A stretch of DNA of 64,000 nucleotides from a bacterium (GTDB lineage: Bacteria > Patescibacteriota > Andersenbacteria > UBA10190). The notes beneath the pieces were generated by a model. That model ran no database searches and had not been told where the DNA came from. It saw only the letters and a list, made by a program, of their open reading frames with translations. The position numbers were made by a program, and so were the translations under genes. Position 1 is the first letter of the stretch, and each line of letters opens with the position of its first letter. The stretch covers positions 8,778-72,777 of the forward strand of contig JAUYKA010000035.1 in NCBI GenBank assembly GCA_030698495.1. Direction: 5' to 3'. Positions 37,228 to 46,477 of this stretch are shown here, in pieces.

Positions 37228-38004
37228 CTATTTTAAGCCAAACAACTTACGTGTGTTCTGTTCTGTTGCACTATCCACAACCTCTAAATCCACTCCTCGC
37301 AACTGCGCAATCTTTTCCGCCGTCAGCCTTACATAAGCCGGCTCATTCCGTTCACCCCGATGGGGCACCGGCGCCAGAAACGGCGCGTCGGTCTCCACCA
37401 GCATTCTATCCAGCGGTACCAACTTAGCCACCTCCGGCAGCGCCCCGGAGTTTTTAAAAGTGACCACGCCGGAAAAAGAAACATAAAGTCCCAACTCCAA
37501 ATATCTTTGCGCTTGCTCTAAACTGCCACTGAACGAATGCATCACACCACGCGGACGCTCATCCACCGACAACCTTCCCAGTATTTCCAGTAAATCTTCA
37601 TTGGCATCTCGGTCACCGCTTCTTATATGCCAAACTACCGGCAAGTCACGAGTAACCGCCAACCTTATAAACCGCAACAAAACCGGCTCCTGCTCCTCGC
37701 GTTTGCCGCCACGGTAATAATCAAGCCCTACCTCACCAATTGCCACCACTTTATTGCCGGTTATCAATTGTTCCATCTCCCGCCAGTCATTCTCCGTTAA
37801 TTTATTAATATCATCGGGATGCACACCTACCGTCGCCCACGCATTACTATATTTCCGGGCCATTGCAACCGCCTGTCGGCTGGATACCATATCCGCGCCT
37901 ATTTCAATCCAACCTTTAACACCGACCGCCGCCATCCGGGCTACCGCCTCATCCCTGTCATTATCAAAAGCCTCAAAGGCTACATGTGCGTGTGAATCAA
38001 TCAT
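37228..38004 (-). CDS. tatD: TatD-family metal-dependent DNase/hydrolase
   Basis: The N-terminus MIDSHAHV (HxH) is present. The TIM-barrel TatD blocks (GEVGLDY, HSFSG) are present. Confidence 0.85.
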   Translation of the reverse strand: MIDSHAHVAFEAFDNDRDEAVARMAAVGVKGWIEIGADMVSSRQAVAMARKYSNAWATVGVHPDDINKLTENDWREMEQLITGNKVVAIGEVGLDYYRGGKREEQEPVLLRFIRLAVTRDLPVVWHIRSGDRDANEDLLEILGRLSVDERPRGVMHSFSGSLEQAQRYLELGLYVSFSGVVTFKNSGALPEVAKLVPLDRMLVETDAPFLAPVPHRGERNEPAYVRLTAEKIAQLRGVDLEVVDSATEQNTRKLFGLK

Positions 38005-38174
38005 TGTTTTATGTAATTATAAATACATAATCAAATAACTTTAACCCCATTAACCTCTCAATATAAGCCCCCCACTACTAGCTACTTACTGCTTACTACT
38101 TTTAACTAAAACGCTTTATATTAACATGAGACACAATTATCTTTGTTATTATCTCTAACCTATAATTTCAACCA

Positions 38175-38621
38175 ATGCTTTCCGCCGTCCACACTGTAAC
38201 TAGTCTCCCCTTCGCCATCTATCTCGGTAACATCCCGGCAATTCTCATCGCTGCTTTTCTGTGGCATTTTTTGGCCGACTCAATTCTGCATTGGAATATA
38301 GATCCCAACAAACCGGACTCTTATCCTTACTTCTTTGTCAGTCTGGATGTCATTGGCGGACTAGTCGTAGCCTACTTTCTCCTTGGTCCCGCTATGTTCA
38401 CCCCCCGCTTTCTGGCCGCTATTATCGGCGGCAACCTGCCGGATGTCATCCACACCGTCTGGTACTTACTACCACCAAACAAGCGCCAACACTGGTTCGG
38501 CTGGGCCAAATGGTGGTTTGATTTTCACCACCGCGTCCAAAACGAAACCAAAAATATACTTGCCGGACTAGCTACTCAAGCCTTGGCTGTAATCACTGCA
38601 ATTTATCTCATCCTTAAGTAA
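38175..38621 (+). CDS. Hypothetical polytopic membrane protein (148 aa)
   Basis: It has four hydrophobic segments. No known motif was seen. Confidence 0.45.
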   Translation: MLSAVHTVTSLPFAIYLGNIPAILIAAFLWHFLADSILHWNIDPNKPDSYPYFFVSLDVIGGLVVAYFLLGPAMFTPRFLAAIIGGNLPDVIHTVWYLLPPNKRQHWFGWAKWWFDFHHRVQNETKNILAGLATQALAVITAIYLILK

Positions 38622-38665
38622 ACACAGGTCTGTATTTACTTTATTTACTGTGTTCTGTATTTACT
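38618..38665. repeat. CTGTATTTAC-family repeats with a flanking hairpin (gtaaacacag...ctgtgtt) between convergent genes
   Basis: gtaaacacaggtctgtatttactttatttactgtgttctgtatttactatact is the same unit as at 27551-27634. Confidence 0.6.
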
Positions 38666-38669
38666 ATAC

Positions 38670-39716
38670 TCACCCCGGCAGCTCTTCCGTGTTATTCTTA
38701 GCAACAAATATATCCGCCAATAAAATACTGATAACCGTAGCAATCGGCACCGACAATATAATTCCCACCACTCCGGCTAAACGCGCGCCCAATAAAATTC
38801 CGACTATCGTCACCAACGGATGCAAACCGATTGCTTTCCTCATGATATTAGGCACCAGCACATGCGCTTCAAATTGCTGAATAATAATATACATAGCCAG
38901 CACCACCAACCCCATCACCCAAGACATGGTGAACCCAACAGCAACCCCGGGAATAGCCGCCAATACCGGGCCAATATACGGCACAACCTCCAAAATTCCG
39001 GCAATCAACCCCAGCAACAAAGCGTATGGCACACCCAAAATCCAAAGACCAGTCCCTACCAGCAATCCGATAATTATTCCCAACGACACTTGCGCCAACA
39101 CCCATTTCCCCACTTTTTGCTGCGCCCGGTCAATTGCTCTTTCCGCGTAAGCCACGTGCATTGCCGGCGTCACCAGCCGTACAAATTTTTTCAAAGCTTC
39201 GCGCTCCACCACCAAATAAAACGTTAGCACAAACACAAACACTACCGTGAAAACCCCCGAAACAAATGTTCTAGTCTGCTGAAATATATTCACGCCTAAA
39301 TTCGCCAGATTGTCTCCGAATCTGCTTATCCCCGTCTGCAAATAACCCACGACTGCCGCCCGATCCACTTCCGGCACAAAAGTTATAAAACGATGCGCCA
39401 CTTGTATTATCGAAGGAACCGCTTGCGCTAGTTGCTGACTCTGTGTAACTAACGGCTCAACCATCAAAGACAACACCCCGGCCAATAATGCCAATACCAT
39501 TATATATATCAACGCCACCGAAATCATCCGCGGGATACGCCGCTGCTGCAGCCAATTAACCACCGGCTCAATCGCCGTCGCCAGCACCACCGCCGCAAAT
39601 AACATTAATAAAATATCGAAAATCAGATACAAAAACCATGCTCCGATCAGAATAATAATCACCCGGAAAATCGTCCCCGAGGTTATATCTATACTCATTC
39701 TGTTTCCGTTACCCAT
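38670..39716 (-). CDS. AI-2E family (PerM/UPF0118) membrane transporter
   Basis: The protein is 348 aa with about 8 TM helices and the characteristic long hydrophilic loop. Confidence 0.6.
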   Translation of the reverse strand: MGNGNRMSIDITSGTIFRVIIILIGAWFLYLIFDILLMLFAAVVLATAIEPVVNWLQQRRIPRMISVALIYIMVLALLAGVLSLMVEPLVTQSQQLAQAVPSIIQVAHRFITFVPEVDRAAVVGYLQTGISRFGDNLANLGVNIFQQTRTFVSGVFTVVFVFVLTFYLVVEREALKKFVRLVTPAMHVAYAERAIDRAQQKVGKWVLAQVSLGIIIGLLVGTGLWILGVPYALLLGLIAGILEVVPYIGPVLAAIPGVAVGFTMSWVMGLVVLAMYIIIQQFEAHVLVPNIMRKAIGLHPLVTIVGILLGARLAGVVGIILSVPIATVISILLADIFVAKNNTEELPG

Positions 39717-39725
39717 ACCCTTATT

Positions 39726-41003
39726 TTACCCTAATTGCCTCATAAATGCACCGGCAGATTTCTGCGGTCCCAGCAAAGCCAATGCCCGCTTTGGCGCTGT
39801 CAGCAGCTCTCCGGCTACTCTTTGTACATCACTTGGTTGCACCGCGTCAATCCTGGCTAAAACCTCATCCGGCTTTTGAATCTTCCCGACCAGAAGTTTC
39901 TGCGCGCCGGCAAATGCGGCCAGCGAATTGGTTTCTTCCATTTCAATTAGCATCTGCCCCCTCATCATCTGCTTAGCTTTATTCAGCTCTTCTTTAGCCG
40001 GCGGTTCGTTCATCGCCCTGTCATATTCTTCTAAAATAATCTTCAGGGCTTCCGGTGCTTTGTCGGTACGCACACCCGCCTGCGTCACCAGCATCCCCGT
40101 ATCGGTTAAACTTTCCGAACTCATTCTAATAGCGTAAGCCAAACCCCGCCTCTCCCTTACCTGAATAAACAAACGGCTGCTCATTCCGCCGCCTAATATC
40201 ACCGACAGCACTCCCGCCGCCCACCGTCGCTCGTCGGTCATCGACACTCCTGGCACCCCTACCAGCAAATGAGTTTGATCCAAAGACGGCCGGGATTCGA
40301 AAACCACTCGCTCAACCGGTAAACGCTTGCCAACAGGCTTCGGCTTGGTTTCTTCCCCCACCGCCAGATCATCGAACAAACCGGCCAGCAGTTTCTTCGT
40401 CTTATCTTCATCAAACATCCCCGCCACCGCTACTACCACATTGCCGGTATGGTAATGATGATGAGTATAATTAACAAAATCTTTCTTTTGCAGTTTGCCC
40501 ACCGTTTCCGGCTTACCGTCAATCCGCCGCCCCAGCGGATGGTTACCAAACAAAGCCTGGTTCCACAAATGCCAAACATGGCGCATCGGCGTTTCCGTGT
40601 ACATTTTCATCTCCTCCATGATTACCCCCCGCTCCCGCTCGATTTCCTCCGGGGGAAAAAGCGGCCGCAGTAAAATATCCGCCACCACATCCGCACCGCG
40701 CGCCAGATACTTGGCCGCCACTTTTACGTAATAACCCGTGTATTCCTCGCCCGTGAACGCGTTAAACTCACCGCCGACATTATCAATCGCTTCCGCGATC
40801 TCCTGCGTAGTCGGCCGCTTTTCTGTCCCCTTGAAAAACATATGCTCCAGAAAATGCGACAACCCGGCCTGCCGCGGCGTCTCATAGCGCGATCCAACCC
40901 CCACCAATACCAAAAACGTTACCGTCTCGCTTTCCCGCCGCGGTAATAGCACCGCCCGTAAACCGTTTGGTAAAACCGTTTCGCTTAATTTAAATGTGGA
41001 CAT
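39726..41003 (-). CDS. M16-family (pitrilysin/insulinase-like) zinc peptidase
   Basis: The inverted zinc motif HFLEHMFFKGT (HxxEH) is present. Confidence 0.8.
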   Translation of the reverse strand: MSTFKLSETVLPNGLRAVLLPRRESETVTFLVLVGVGSRYETPRQAGLSHFLEHMFFKGTEKRPTTQEIAEAIDNVGGEFNAFTGEEYTGYYVKVAAKYLARGADVVADILLRPLFPPEEIERERGVIMEEMKMYTETPMRHVWHLWNQALFGNHPLGRRIDGKPETVGKLQKKDFVNYTHHHYHTGNVVVAVAGMFDEDKTKKLLAGLFDDLAVGEETKPKPVGKRLPVERVVFESRPSLDQTHLLVGVPGVSMTDERRWAAGVLSVILGGGMSSRLFIQVRERRGLAYAIRMSSESLTDTGMLVTQAGVRTDKAPEALKIILEEYDRAMNEPPAKEELNKAKQMMRGQMLIEMEETNSLAAFAGAQKLLVGKIQKPDEVLARIDAVQPSDVQRVAGELLTAPKRALALLGPQKSAGAFMRQLG

Positions 41004-41013
41004 AAAATATTAA

Positions 41014-41137
41014 TTAATTTTCAATTTTCAATTTCCATTGAATTATCAATGACGCAATTTTCAAACACTAAAACTTTTCATCGTTGTGCTTGGAAATTGA
41101 TAATTGATTATTATATGGAAATTGGAAATTGGAAATT
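41014..41137. repeat. GGAAATTG-family repeat arrays in both orientations. These are aattttcaattttcaatttcc at 41014-41036 and ggaaattg at 41092, then three tandem ggaaatt units at 41117-41137 that overlap the glyQS stop codon.
   Basis: Seen directly in sequence. It fills the glyQS-M16 peptidase intergenic region. ORF-track entry 41104-41328 over it is judged spurious. Confidence 0.7.
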
Positions 41138-42518
41138 ATATCGACAGTTTATCTGTTAAATATCCACCAACCTTGTCTATATTAATCCTCTCCTGCTCCA
41201 TACTATCCCTCTCTCTCACTGTCACCTGCTTATCTTCCAAGGAGTCAAAATCAACCGTTACGCAATACGGCGTGCCAATTTCATCCTGGCGCCGATACCG
41301 CTTGCCGATTGATTGCGTCTCATCGTAATCAACGCGCAGACTTTTTGCCAATTCATCAGCCAACGGCTCGGCCAGCTTTATAAGTTCCGGCTTCTTCGAC
41401 AAAGGCAGTACTGCCACCTGATACGGCGCCAAATTTGGTTTCAGCTTTAGCACTACCCGCTTATCTCCCTTAACTTCTTCCTCGTAGTAAGCATCCATCA
41501 ACACAAATAATACCAGCCGCGACAAACCGAATGTCGGTTCAATCACATGCGGATAAAATTTTTCTCCCGTTTTTGTATCCGTCACCTGCAGATCCTGACC
41601 CGTAGCCTGCGCGTGATTCTTCAAATCGTAATCGGCACGATAAGCCAGCCCGAACATTTCTTTACTGCCCCAAGACGACGCATACTCAATATCCACCGTC
41701 CGTCTGGAATAATGCGCCCGTTCTTCAGTCGCCTGCTCCCGCAAACGCAAGTTTTCTTTTTTGATCCCCACTTCCTCCGTCACCCATTTTTGCATCTCCC
41801 CAAGCCACATCTCAAAATACTTCTCCCAATCAGCTTCTCTCACAAAATACTCAAACTCCATCAAATCGAACTCCAGCGTGCGGAAAATAAAATTACCCGG
41901 CGTGATTTCATTGCGAAACGCCTTGCCGACTTGCGCTATGCCAAACGGTAAGGATTTCCGCATTGAATCCATAATCAATTTAAAATCTACAAACATCGAT
42001 TGCGCCAGCTCCCCCCGCAAATAAACAATCTGTTTATTACTTTCAACCGTTCCCAACGAAGTCTCAAACAGTAAGTTGAATTGACGCGCTTCGGTAAAAT
42101 CATGTTTACCACAATTCGGACAGACAATATTGTTATCAGCGCTAATTAAAACGGACATTTCCTCTATCGTCATCGCGTCCGTATTCCTATCAGGCAATAT
42201 GTTCTTTATCAGATCGTCCGCCCGCCAGCGATTATGGCAGGACTTACAATCCACCATCGGGTCGTTAAAATTATCAACGTGATGCGAAGCTTTCCACACT
42301 TCCGGATTCATTAAAATCGCCGCGTCCAAACCAACCATATCCCGCCGGCTCTCCACAAAATACTTCCACCAGGCATCCCGCAAATTATTTTTTAACTGCA
42401 CTCCCAACGGACCGAAATCCCACGAATTGCGCAACCCGCCGTAAATCGCCGACCCCGGATACACAAACCCGCGTCTTTTGCATAACTCAACTATTTTTTC
42501 CAGAGAAACTTTTTCCAT
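41136..42518 (-). CDS. glyQS: Glycyl-tRNA synthetase, single-chain (alpha2) type
   Basis: The N-terminus VELCKRRGFVYPGSAIYGG is present. Class II motifs are present. The protein is 460 aa. Confidence 0.9.
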   Translation of the reverse strand: MEKVSLEKIVELCKRRGFVYPGSAIYGGLRNSWDFGPLGVQLKNNLRDAWWKYFVESRRDMVGLDAAILMNPEVWKASHHVDNFNDPMVDCKSCHNRWRADDLIKNILPDRNTDAMTIEEMSVLISADNNIVCPNCGKHDFTEARQFNLLFETSLGTVESNKQIVYLRGELAQSMFVDFKLIMDSMRKSLPFGIAQVGKAFRNEITPGNFIFRTLEFDLMEFEYFVREADWEKYFEMWLGEMQKWVTEEVGIKKENLRLREQATEERAHYSRRTVDIEYASSWGSKEMFGLAYRADYDLKNHAQATGQDLQVTDTKTGEKFYPHVIEPTFGLSRLVLFVLMDAYYEEEVKGDKRVVLKLKPNLAPYQVAVLPLSKKPELIKLAEPLADELAKSLRVDYDETQSIGKRYRRQDEIGTPYCVTVDFDSLEDKQVTVRERDSMEQERINIDKVGGYLTDKLSI

Positions 42519-42586
42519 AATATAGCAAAAATTATACTCCTTACTGCTTGCTACATACTACTTATTACCAATAAACAGCACAACCC

Positions 42587-43012
42587 TCACCCCACCCCGC
42601 GCAGCCGCAACCTAATTACCTTAGTTCTGTCATTACGCGCCGCCCTCACTTGCTTCTCTGCTCGCAGCTGCTCCCGATGCAGCTTCTCCATTACCTTCTT
42701 CTGTGCCGCTTGAGGGTTGTTTTTTTGCTCATAAGACATTATTCCAAACTCCCGGTAAGTGCGATCCCGATCGCGCCTAAACCCCTGTTTTATCTCCCTC
42801 TCCCGCCGTTTAAAATCCGAGCGCACCCTCCCCAGCTCGCCCACATACCAATCCGACACCTGCCTCCTCTCCTTCCGCCACTGCTTCATGTACTCGCTCG
42901 TCCCCAAAAAACTCTGGATAAAATTTCCCTTATCCGGCGGCCGTACCGGCTGACCTCCCCAATCGTTTGGATTACTGAAACCTCCCGGATTTTGCTCCAT
43001 AAAACTCCCCAT
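42587..43012 (-). CDS. Hypothetical highly charged Arg/Lys/Glu-rich protein (141 aa)
   Basis: The frame is open. The sequence is low-complexity basic/acidic with no motif seen. Confidence 0.4.
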   Translation of the reverse strand: MGSFMEQNPGGFSNPNDWGGQPVRPPDKGNFIQSFLGTSEYMKQWRKERRQVSDWYVGELGRVRSDFKRREREIKQGFRRDRDRTYREFGIMSYEQKNNPQAAQKKVMEKLHREQLRAEKQVRAARNDRTKVIRLRLRGVG

Positions 43013-43111
43013 AAAGCCAGTATATCACACCCTTGACCAAACACAGCCTTTGGGCGTAGCGTAAAGCTGCTTCTTAGGCACTCCCGTTCCTTACCAACAA
43101 GGAGACTGACC

Positions 43112-44269
43112 ATGTTTCACGGCATCGAACAAGCCTACGCCGGCGCTATGGTGACTGCCGCGCGTACCGCCCAGCAAACTCTGTTCGACACCCCCATTTG
43201 CGAGGCCATCCGGCCTTCCACGGTTTGGAACAAAGGTGACACGGAAAGCTTCGACACCATTCCGGAAAACGCGATTGTCGGAGTCTTGCGCCGTTTTGAC
43301 CCATATGCCGTCGTCGTCACCGAGGAACGTGGCGCTGCTAACCCCTTTCTAAGCGACGACCCGACCCAAAGCAAGGGAGCACGTACTTTCTGTGTCTGCG
43401 ACCCTTTCGACCGATCAAACCAGGCCAAACAATTTCTTACCCCTCTAGCCGCCAAAGGCGGAAAGATCGTTGACATCCTGCGCAACCCGGAAACCATCGC
43501 CAACTGGGAAAAAGACTTCGGTTCTCCCGCCTCCATCACCGGCTTCACTACAGGCATCACCTGCGTCCGTCGCGGCTTGCCTATTGCCAGCGTTATCTTG
43601 AATTACCTTACGGAAGAAGTAACCCTGGCCTGCGCCGCCGGCATCTTCCACGCCAAGCTGCCTGAAGATCTCTCGCATGATATCAACCTTGAATATATCA
43701 TGCAGCAGGGAAAACGCCTGGTCTTCCCTCAACCCAACCACTTTACCGTCCGCAACATCGTGTCATACATCGGTAAACCGGAGCGTGGCTACCCCAAGAA
43801 CTTCTCCAGTATCCGTCTGGTGCAGGATCACGAACTAGATCACCGCCTTTACTACAATCTGCCCGGCGGCCCCTCGCGTATTCTGTATCTCTCAAATCTG
43901 CAACCGGCCGAAGCCCCCATTGGCGCCGTTGTTGCCAACGGCGAGAAGATCGGAGAATGGACTTCGTGGCTTACCTTCATCCGCTTTGCTCTACGCGCAG
44001 ACGATCACAGTTCTCCGGCCTTACGCATCTTCGAAGCCTCACAAAAAGAAACGTTGTCCATAGACGGCATATTGATGATGCCTACGCCCGACTACAGCAT
44101 CTTCGTCAACCGCAACCCCGATTCCAACCGCGTCTATATCAGCGCCCAAAAGCTGCAGGATTTCACCAACCCCAGCAAATATCGCGCCACAATGATTGTG
44201 TTCCCCGCCAGCAGTCGTTGGGCCTTAAGTCTGGTGGAGCAGTACGGCTACCGCGAGATCGTCTTTTAG
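43112..44269 (+). CDS. Hypothetical 385 aa protein with weak resemblance to IMPase/FBPase/CysQ-superfamily phosphatases
   Basis: An AAGGAG Shine-Dalgarno lies 8 nt upstream. VVVTEERG and FCVCDPFDRS loosely match the EE and DPxDGT motifs, with Gly replaced by Arg, so the assignment is tentative. GC content is elevated and codons are C/G-ending. Confidence 0.45.
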   Translation: MFHGIEQAYAGAMVTAARTAQQTLFDTPICEAIRPSTVWNKGDTESFDTIPENAIVGVLRRFDPYAVVVTEERGAANPFLSDDPTQSKGARTFCVCDPFDRSNQAKQFLTPLAAKGGKIVDILRNPETIANWEKDFGSPASITGFTTGITCVRRGLPIASVILNYLTEEVTLACAAGIFHAKLPEDLSHDINLEYIMQQGKRLVFPQPNHFTVRNIVSYIGKPERGYPKNFSSIRLVQDHELDHRLYYNLPGGPSRILYLSNLQPAEAPIGAVVANGEKIGEWTSWLTFIRFALRADDHSSPALRIFEASQKETLSIDGILMMPTPDYSIFVNRNPDSNRVYISAQKLQDFTNPSKYRATMIVFPASSRWALSLVEQYGYREIVF

Positions 44270-44322
44270 CTCGACTAACCCGGCACCATTACCAGACTCG
44301 GCTAAACGATTCAACAACCCAA

Positions 44323-44351
44323 CCCCCCGCAAACCCAAGCGGGGGGTTTTC
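44323..44351 (+). terminator. Intrinsic terminator
   Basis: ccccccgc-aaacccaa-gcgggggg is followed by tttt. Confidence 0.7.
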
Positions 44352-44353
44352 AA

Positions 44354-44381
44354 TTGACATGGTAAATACGACTGCTAATAT
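44354..44381 (+). promoter_or_regulatory. sigma70-type promoter TTGACA-16-TAATAT for the purM-like gene
   Basis: The -35 lies at 44354-44359 and the -10 at 44376-44381. The 5'UTR is about 65 nt with an AAAGGA Shine-Dalgarno. Confidence 0.55.
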
Positions 44382-44450
44382 AAAAAACCAGGCGGGATCA
44401 AACCAACTGGCTGTTCTCTTCCCAATCTTTTTCTCGAAAGGACTGCTGTC

Positions 44451-45491
44451 ATGTCCCAAGCTTCAGCGTACGCGGCTAGCGGTGTTGACATCGACAAGGG
44501 CGCGCTTTTTGTCAAAATGGTCAAAGAACGAATCGCCAAAGCCTGGCCCGGCAGAGAAGACGCCATCGGCGGCTTCGCCGGCCTCCTACAACTAGCCACA
44601 CCAACCAGCATCCTCAAAACTTGCTGTGACGGCTCCGGCACCATCGCTATTCTCGGCGCGCTCACCGGCCGGTTTTCCCTGATCGGCCACAACGCCGCCG
44701 CCATGTCACTGGTTGACGCCTATGTCGCCAGCACCCACCCCGTGGGCCTGAATGACGTAATCGGCACCGGCAGTCTTGATCCGGAACGGCACATCGGGAT
44801 TATTGACGGCATTATTAATGCCTGTCAGTATTCCGAAGATTGCTTCATCGTCGGCGGCGAAACGGCTGAACAGCCCGGTATGTACAAGTATGACTGGATA
44901 GTGGACATCAACACTTTCGTTGTCGGCATACCCGACCCAGATATCGTTACCGGCAACGTTCAACCAGGACAACCCGTTTACGGCTGGCCTTCTTATGGTC
45001 CTGCCTCCAACGGTTTCTCGTTGATCCGCAACGTGTTCAACCTTAACACCGATCCGGAATCAGCCAGAGACACATTGAATCAACTTCCTCTCGATGGTGC
45101 TTGTTCTCTGGCCGATGCCCTGCTTGTACCAGCGCCAGTGTACATCAATCAGATCGAAGTGCAGCGCCGAACCGGCATCCGCTTTGCCGCCCATGCTCAC
45201 ATCACCGGCGGCGGATTGGTGGACAACATTCCGCGTGTACTGCCTGAAAACTGCAAAGTGGTTCTCGACCGCTCCGCCTGGCTGCGTCCGTCAATCTTCA
45301 AAGCTATCCAGGAAACCGGTCACATTACGCCTGCTGAAATGGATCGCGTCTTCAACCAGGGCATCATGGTCGCCTCCATTATTGACGGCAATGAGATGCC
45401 CGACAGCTGCAACGCCACGTGCATCGGCACTGTCGAACAGCGCCAAGGCAACGAACCCCAGGTTCAGTTCACCGGTTCCTTCAAACAGTAG
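44451..45491 (+). CDS. PurM-superfamily protein (AIR synthetase-like), divergent
   Basis: YAASGVDIDKG...GGFAGL...DGSGT matches the PurM N-domain. GGETAEQPGMY and HITGGGLVDNIPRVLPEN match the PurM C-domain. ThiL, HypE and SelD hallmarks are absent. Confidence 0.75.
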   Translation: MSQASAYAASGVDIDKGALFVKMVKERIAKAWPGREDAIGGFAGLLQLATPTSILKTCCDGSGTIAILGALTGRFSLIGHNAAAMSLVDAYVASTHPVGLNDVIGTGSLDPERHIGIIDGIINACQYSEDCFIVGGETAEQPGMYKYDWIVDINTFVVGIPDPDIVTGNVQPGQPVYGWPSYGPASNGFSLIRNVFNLNTDPESARDTLNQLPLDGACSLADALLVPAPVYINQIEVQRRTGIRFAAHAHITGGGLVDNIPRVLPENCKVVLDRSAWLRPSIFKAIQETGHITPAEMDRVFNQGIMVASIIDGNEMPDSCNATCIGTVEQRQGNEPQVQFTGSFKQ

Positions 45492-45505
45492 CCCCCCGAG
45501 CAACC

Positions 45506-45546
45506 CCGCGCGAGACCTCAAAAAGTCTCCGCGGGTTTTTCTTTTT
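45506..45546 (+). terminator. Intrinsic terminator
   Basis: ccgcgcgagac-ctcaaaaa-gtctccgcgg is followed by gtttttcttttt. Confidence 0.7.
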
Positions 45547-45571
45547 AAAAAACTCTAACCACCAGTCGTGC

Positions 45572-45600
45572 TTGACTTAACTGAATATTTCATCTATTAT
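45572..45600 (+). promoter_or_regulatory. sigma70-type promoter TTGACT-17-TATTAT for the NUDIX gene
   Basis: The -35 lies at 45572-45577 and the -10 at 45595-45600. An AAGAGG Shine-Dalgarno lies before ATG 45648. Confidence 0.55.
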
Positions 45601-45647
45601 TATCCACTCCTCTAAGACCGTACATTCTCAAACCAAAGAGGCTAATC

Positions 45648-46163
45648 ATGGCAATCATCAAACACACTTGGTGCGGTAAATTCGTTTCAGTTCGCGTAGA
45701 AGAACGTGGCTCCCAAACATTGGAAATAGTCCACGTCCGCAATGGTGTCACTGTTGTTCCTATTTTCCCAGACGGTCGCCTGTGTCTCATCCGCGAACGC
45801 AGCTGGAAGACCCAACAGATGGTAACAAAGCCGGTTACCGGATTTATCGACGACAATGAAAACCCCTGGGCAGCGGCGCGACGCGAGCTTGCCGAAGAAA
45901 TCGGCTTTGAAGCCGGCGAGTGGGAACTGGCTCTAACGTCAACCAAAAACGACGTGATTGAGCACCAGCAATTCTGTTTCGTATGCCACGACCTGACTGC
46001 CACATCCCCCCATCCGGAACCGGGGGAGTATATCGAGAAATTGGTTAAACTCACGCCGGCCGAAGTCCAACAACGCACTCTTGGCCTTGAGTTTGGCAGC
46101 AATATCACCGCGTTCTTTCTCCTTCGCCTAGCCACACAGCTTCTAGAAAATTCTGGCAAATAG
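45648..46163 (+). CDS. NUDIX hydrolase (ADP-ribose pyrophosphatase-like)
   Basis: The Nudix box GFIDDNENPWAAARRELAEEIGF fits Gx5Ex7REUxEExGU. Confidence 0.85.
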   Translation: MAIIKHTWCGKFVSVRVEERGSQTLEIVHVRNGVTVVPIFPDGRLCLIRERSWKTQQMVTKPVTGFIDDNENPWAAARRELAEEIGFEAGEWELALTSTKNDVIEHQQFCFVCHDLTATSPHPEPGEYIEKLVKLTPAEVQQRTLGLEFGSNITAFFLLRLATQLLENSGK

Positions 46164-46175
46164 CCAGTACTTTAC

Positions 46176-46202
46176 ACACCCGGACCCCACCGGGTGTTTT
46201 CA
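46176..46202 (+). terminator. Intrinsic terminator downstream of the NUDIX gene
   Basis: acacccgg-acccc-accgggtgt is followed by tttc. Confidence 0.6.
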
Positions 46203-46415
46203 TTACCTACACACCAATCTATTTTTTTTCTCCGTACCTGCTTAACAATTCCTCACGCGACATAGCGGCTGTCCAAACCGGCCGCGTTTCTTTCGCGAAA
46301 AGCTGCTGGCGCATCTCTTCGGAAATTGCGCCTTCCCAACATTCTCATTCAAACCAGACTTTGGCACTCCTTCCGCACTCATTGTTTTTTGTCATTTTAA
46401 AATTGAGACTTAAAT

Positions 46416-46476
46416 GGAAATTGCCTTGCCGGCCATAGCTCGCGAGCGACGGCTGGGAAATTGAGCCTTGAAAATT
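46416..46476. repeat. GGAAATTG-family repeats (ggaaattg at 46416 and 46456, gaaaatt at 46470) between convergent NUDIX and protease genes
   Basis: Seen in sequence. The last unit abuts the protease stop at 46478. Confidence 0.55.
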
Positions 46477-46477
46477 A

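Noticed and set aside
41104-41328. 74 aa ORF starting within the repeat array
   Set aside because: It begins inside the GGAAATTG repeats and runs antisense into glyQS. No RBS is present.
43112-44269. Calling the 385 aa protein a bona fide inositol monophosphatase or CysQ
   Set aside because: The motif match is loose and the conserved Gly of DPxDGT is Arg. It is kept only as a tentative IMPase-like hypothetical protein.
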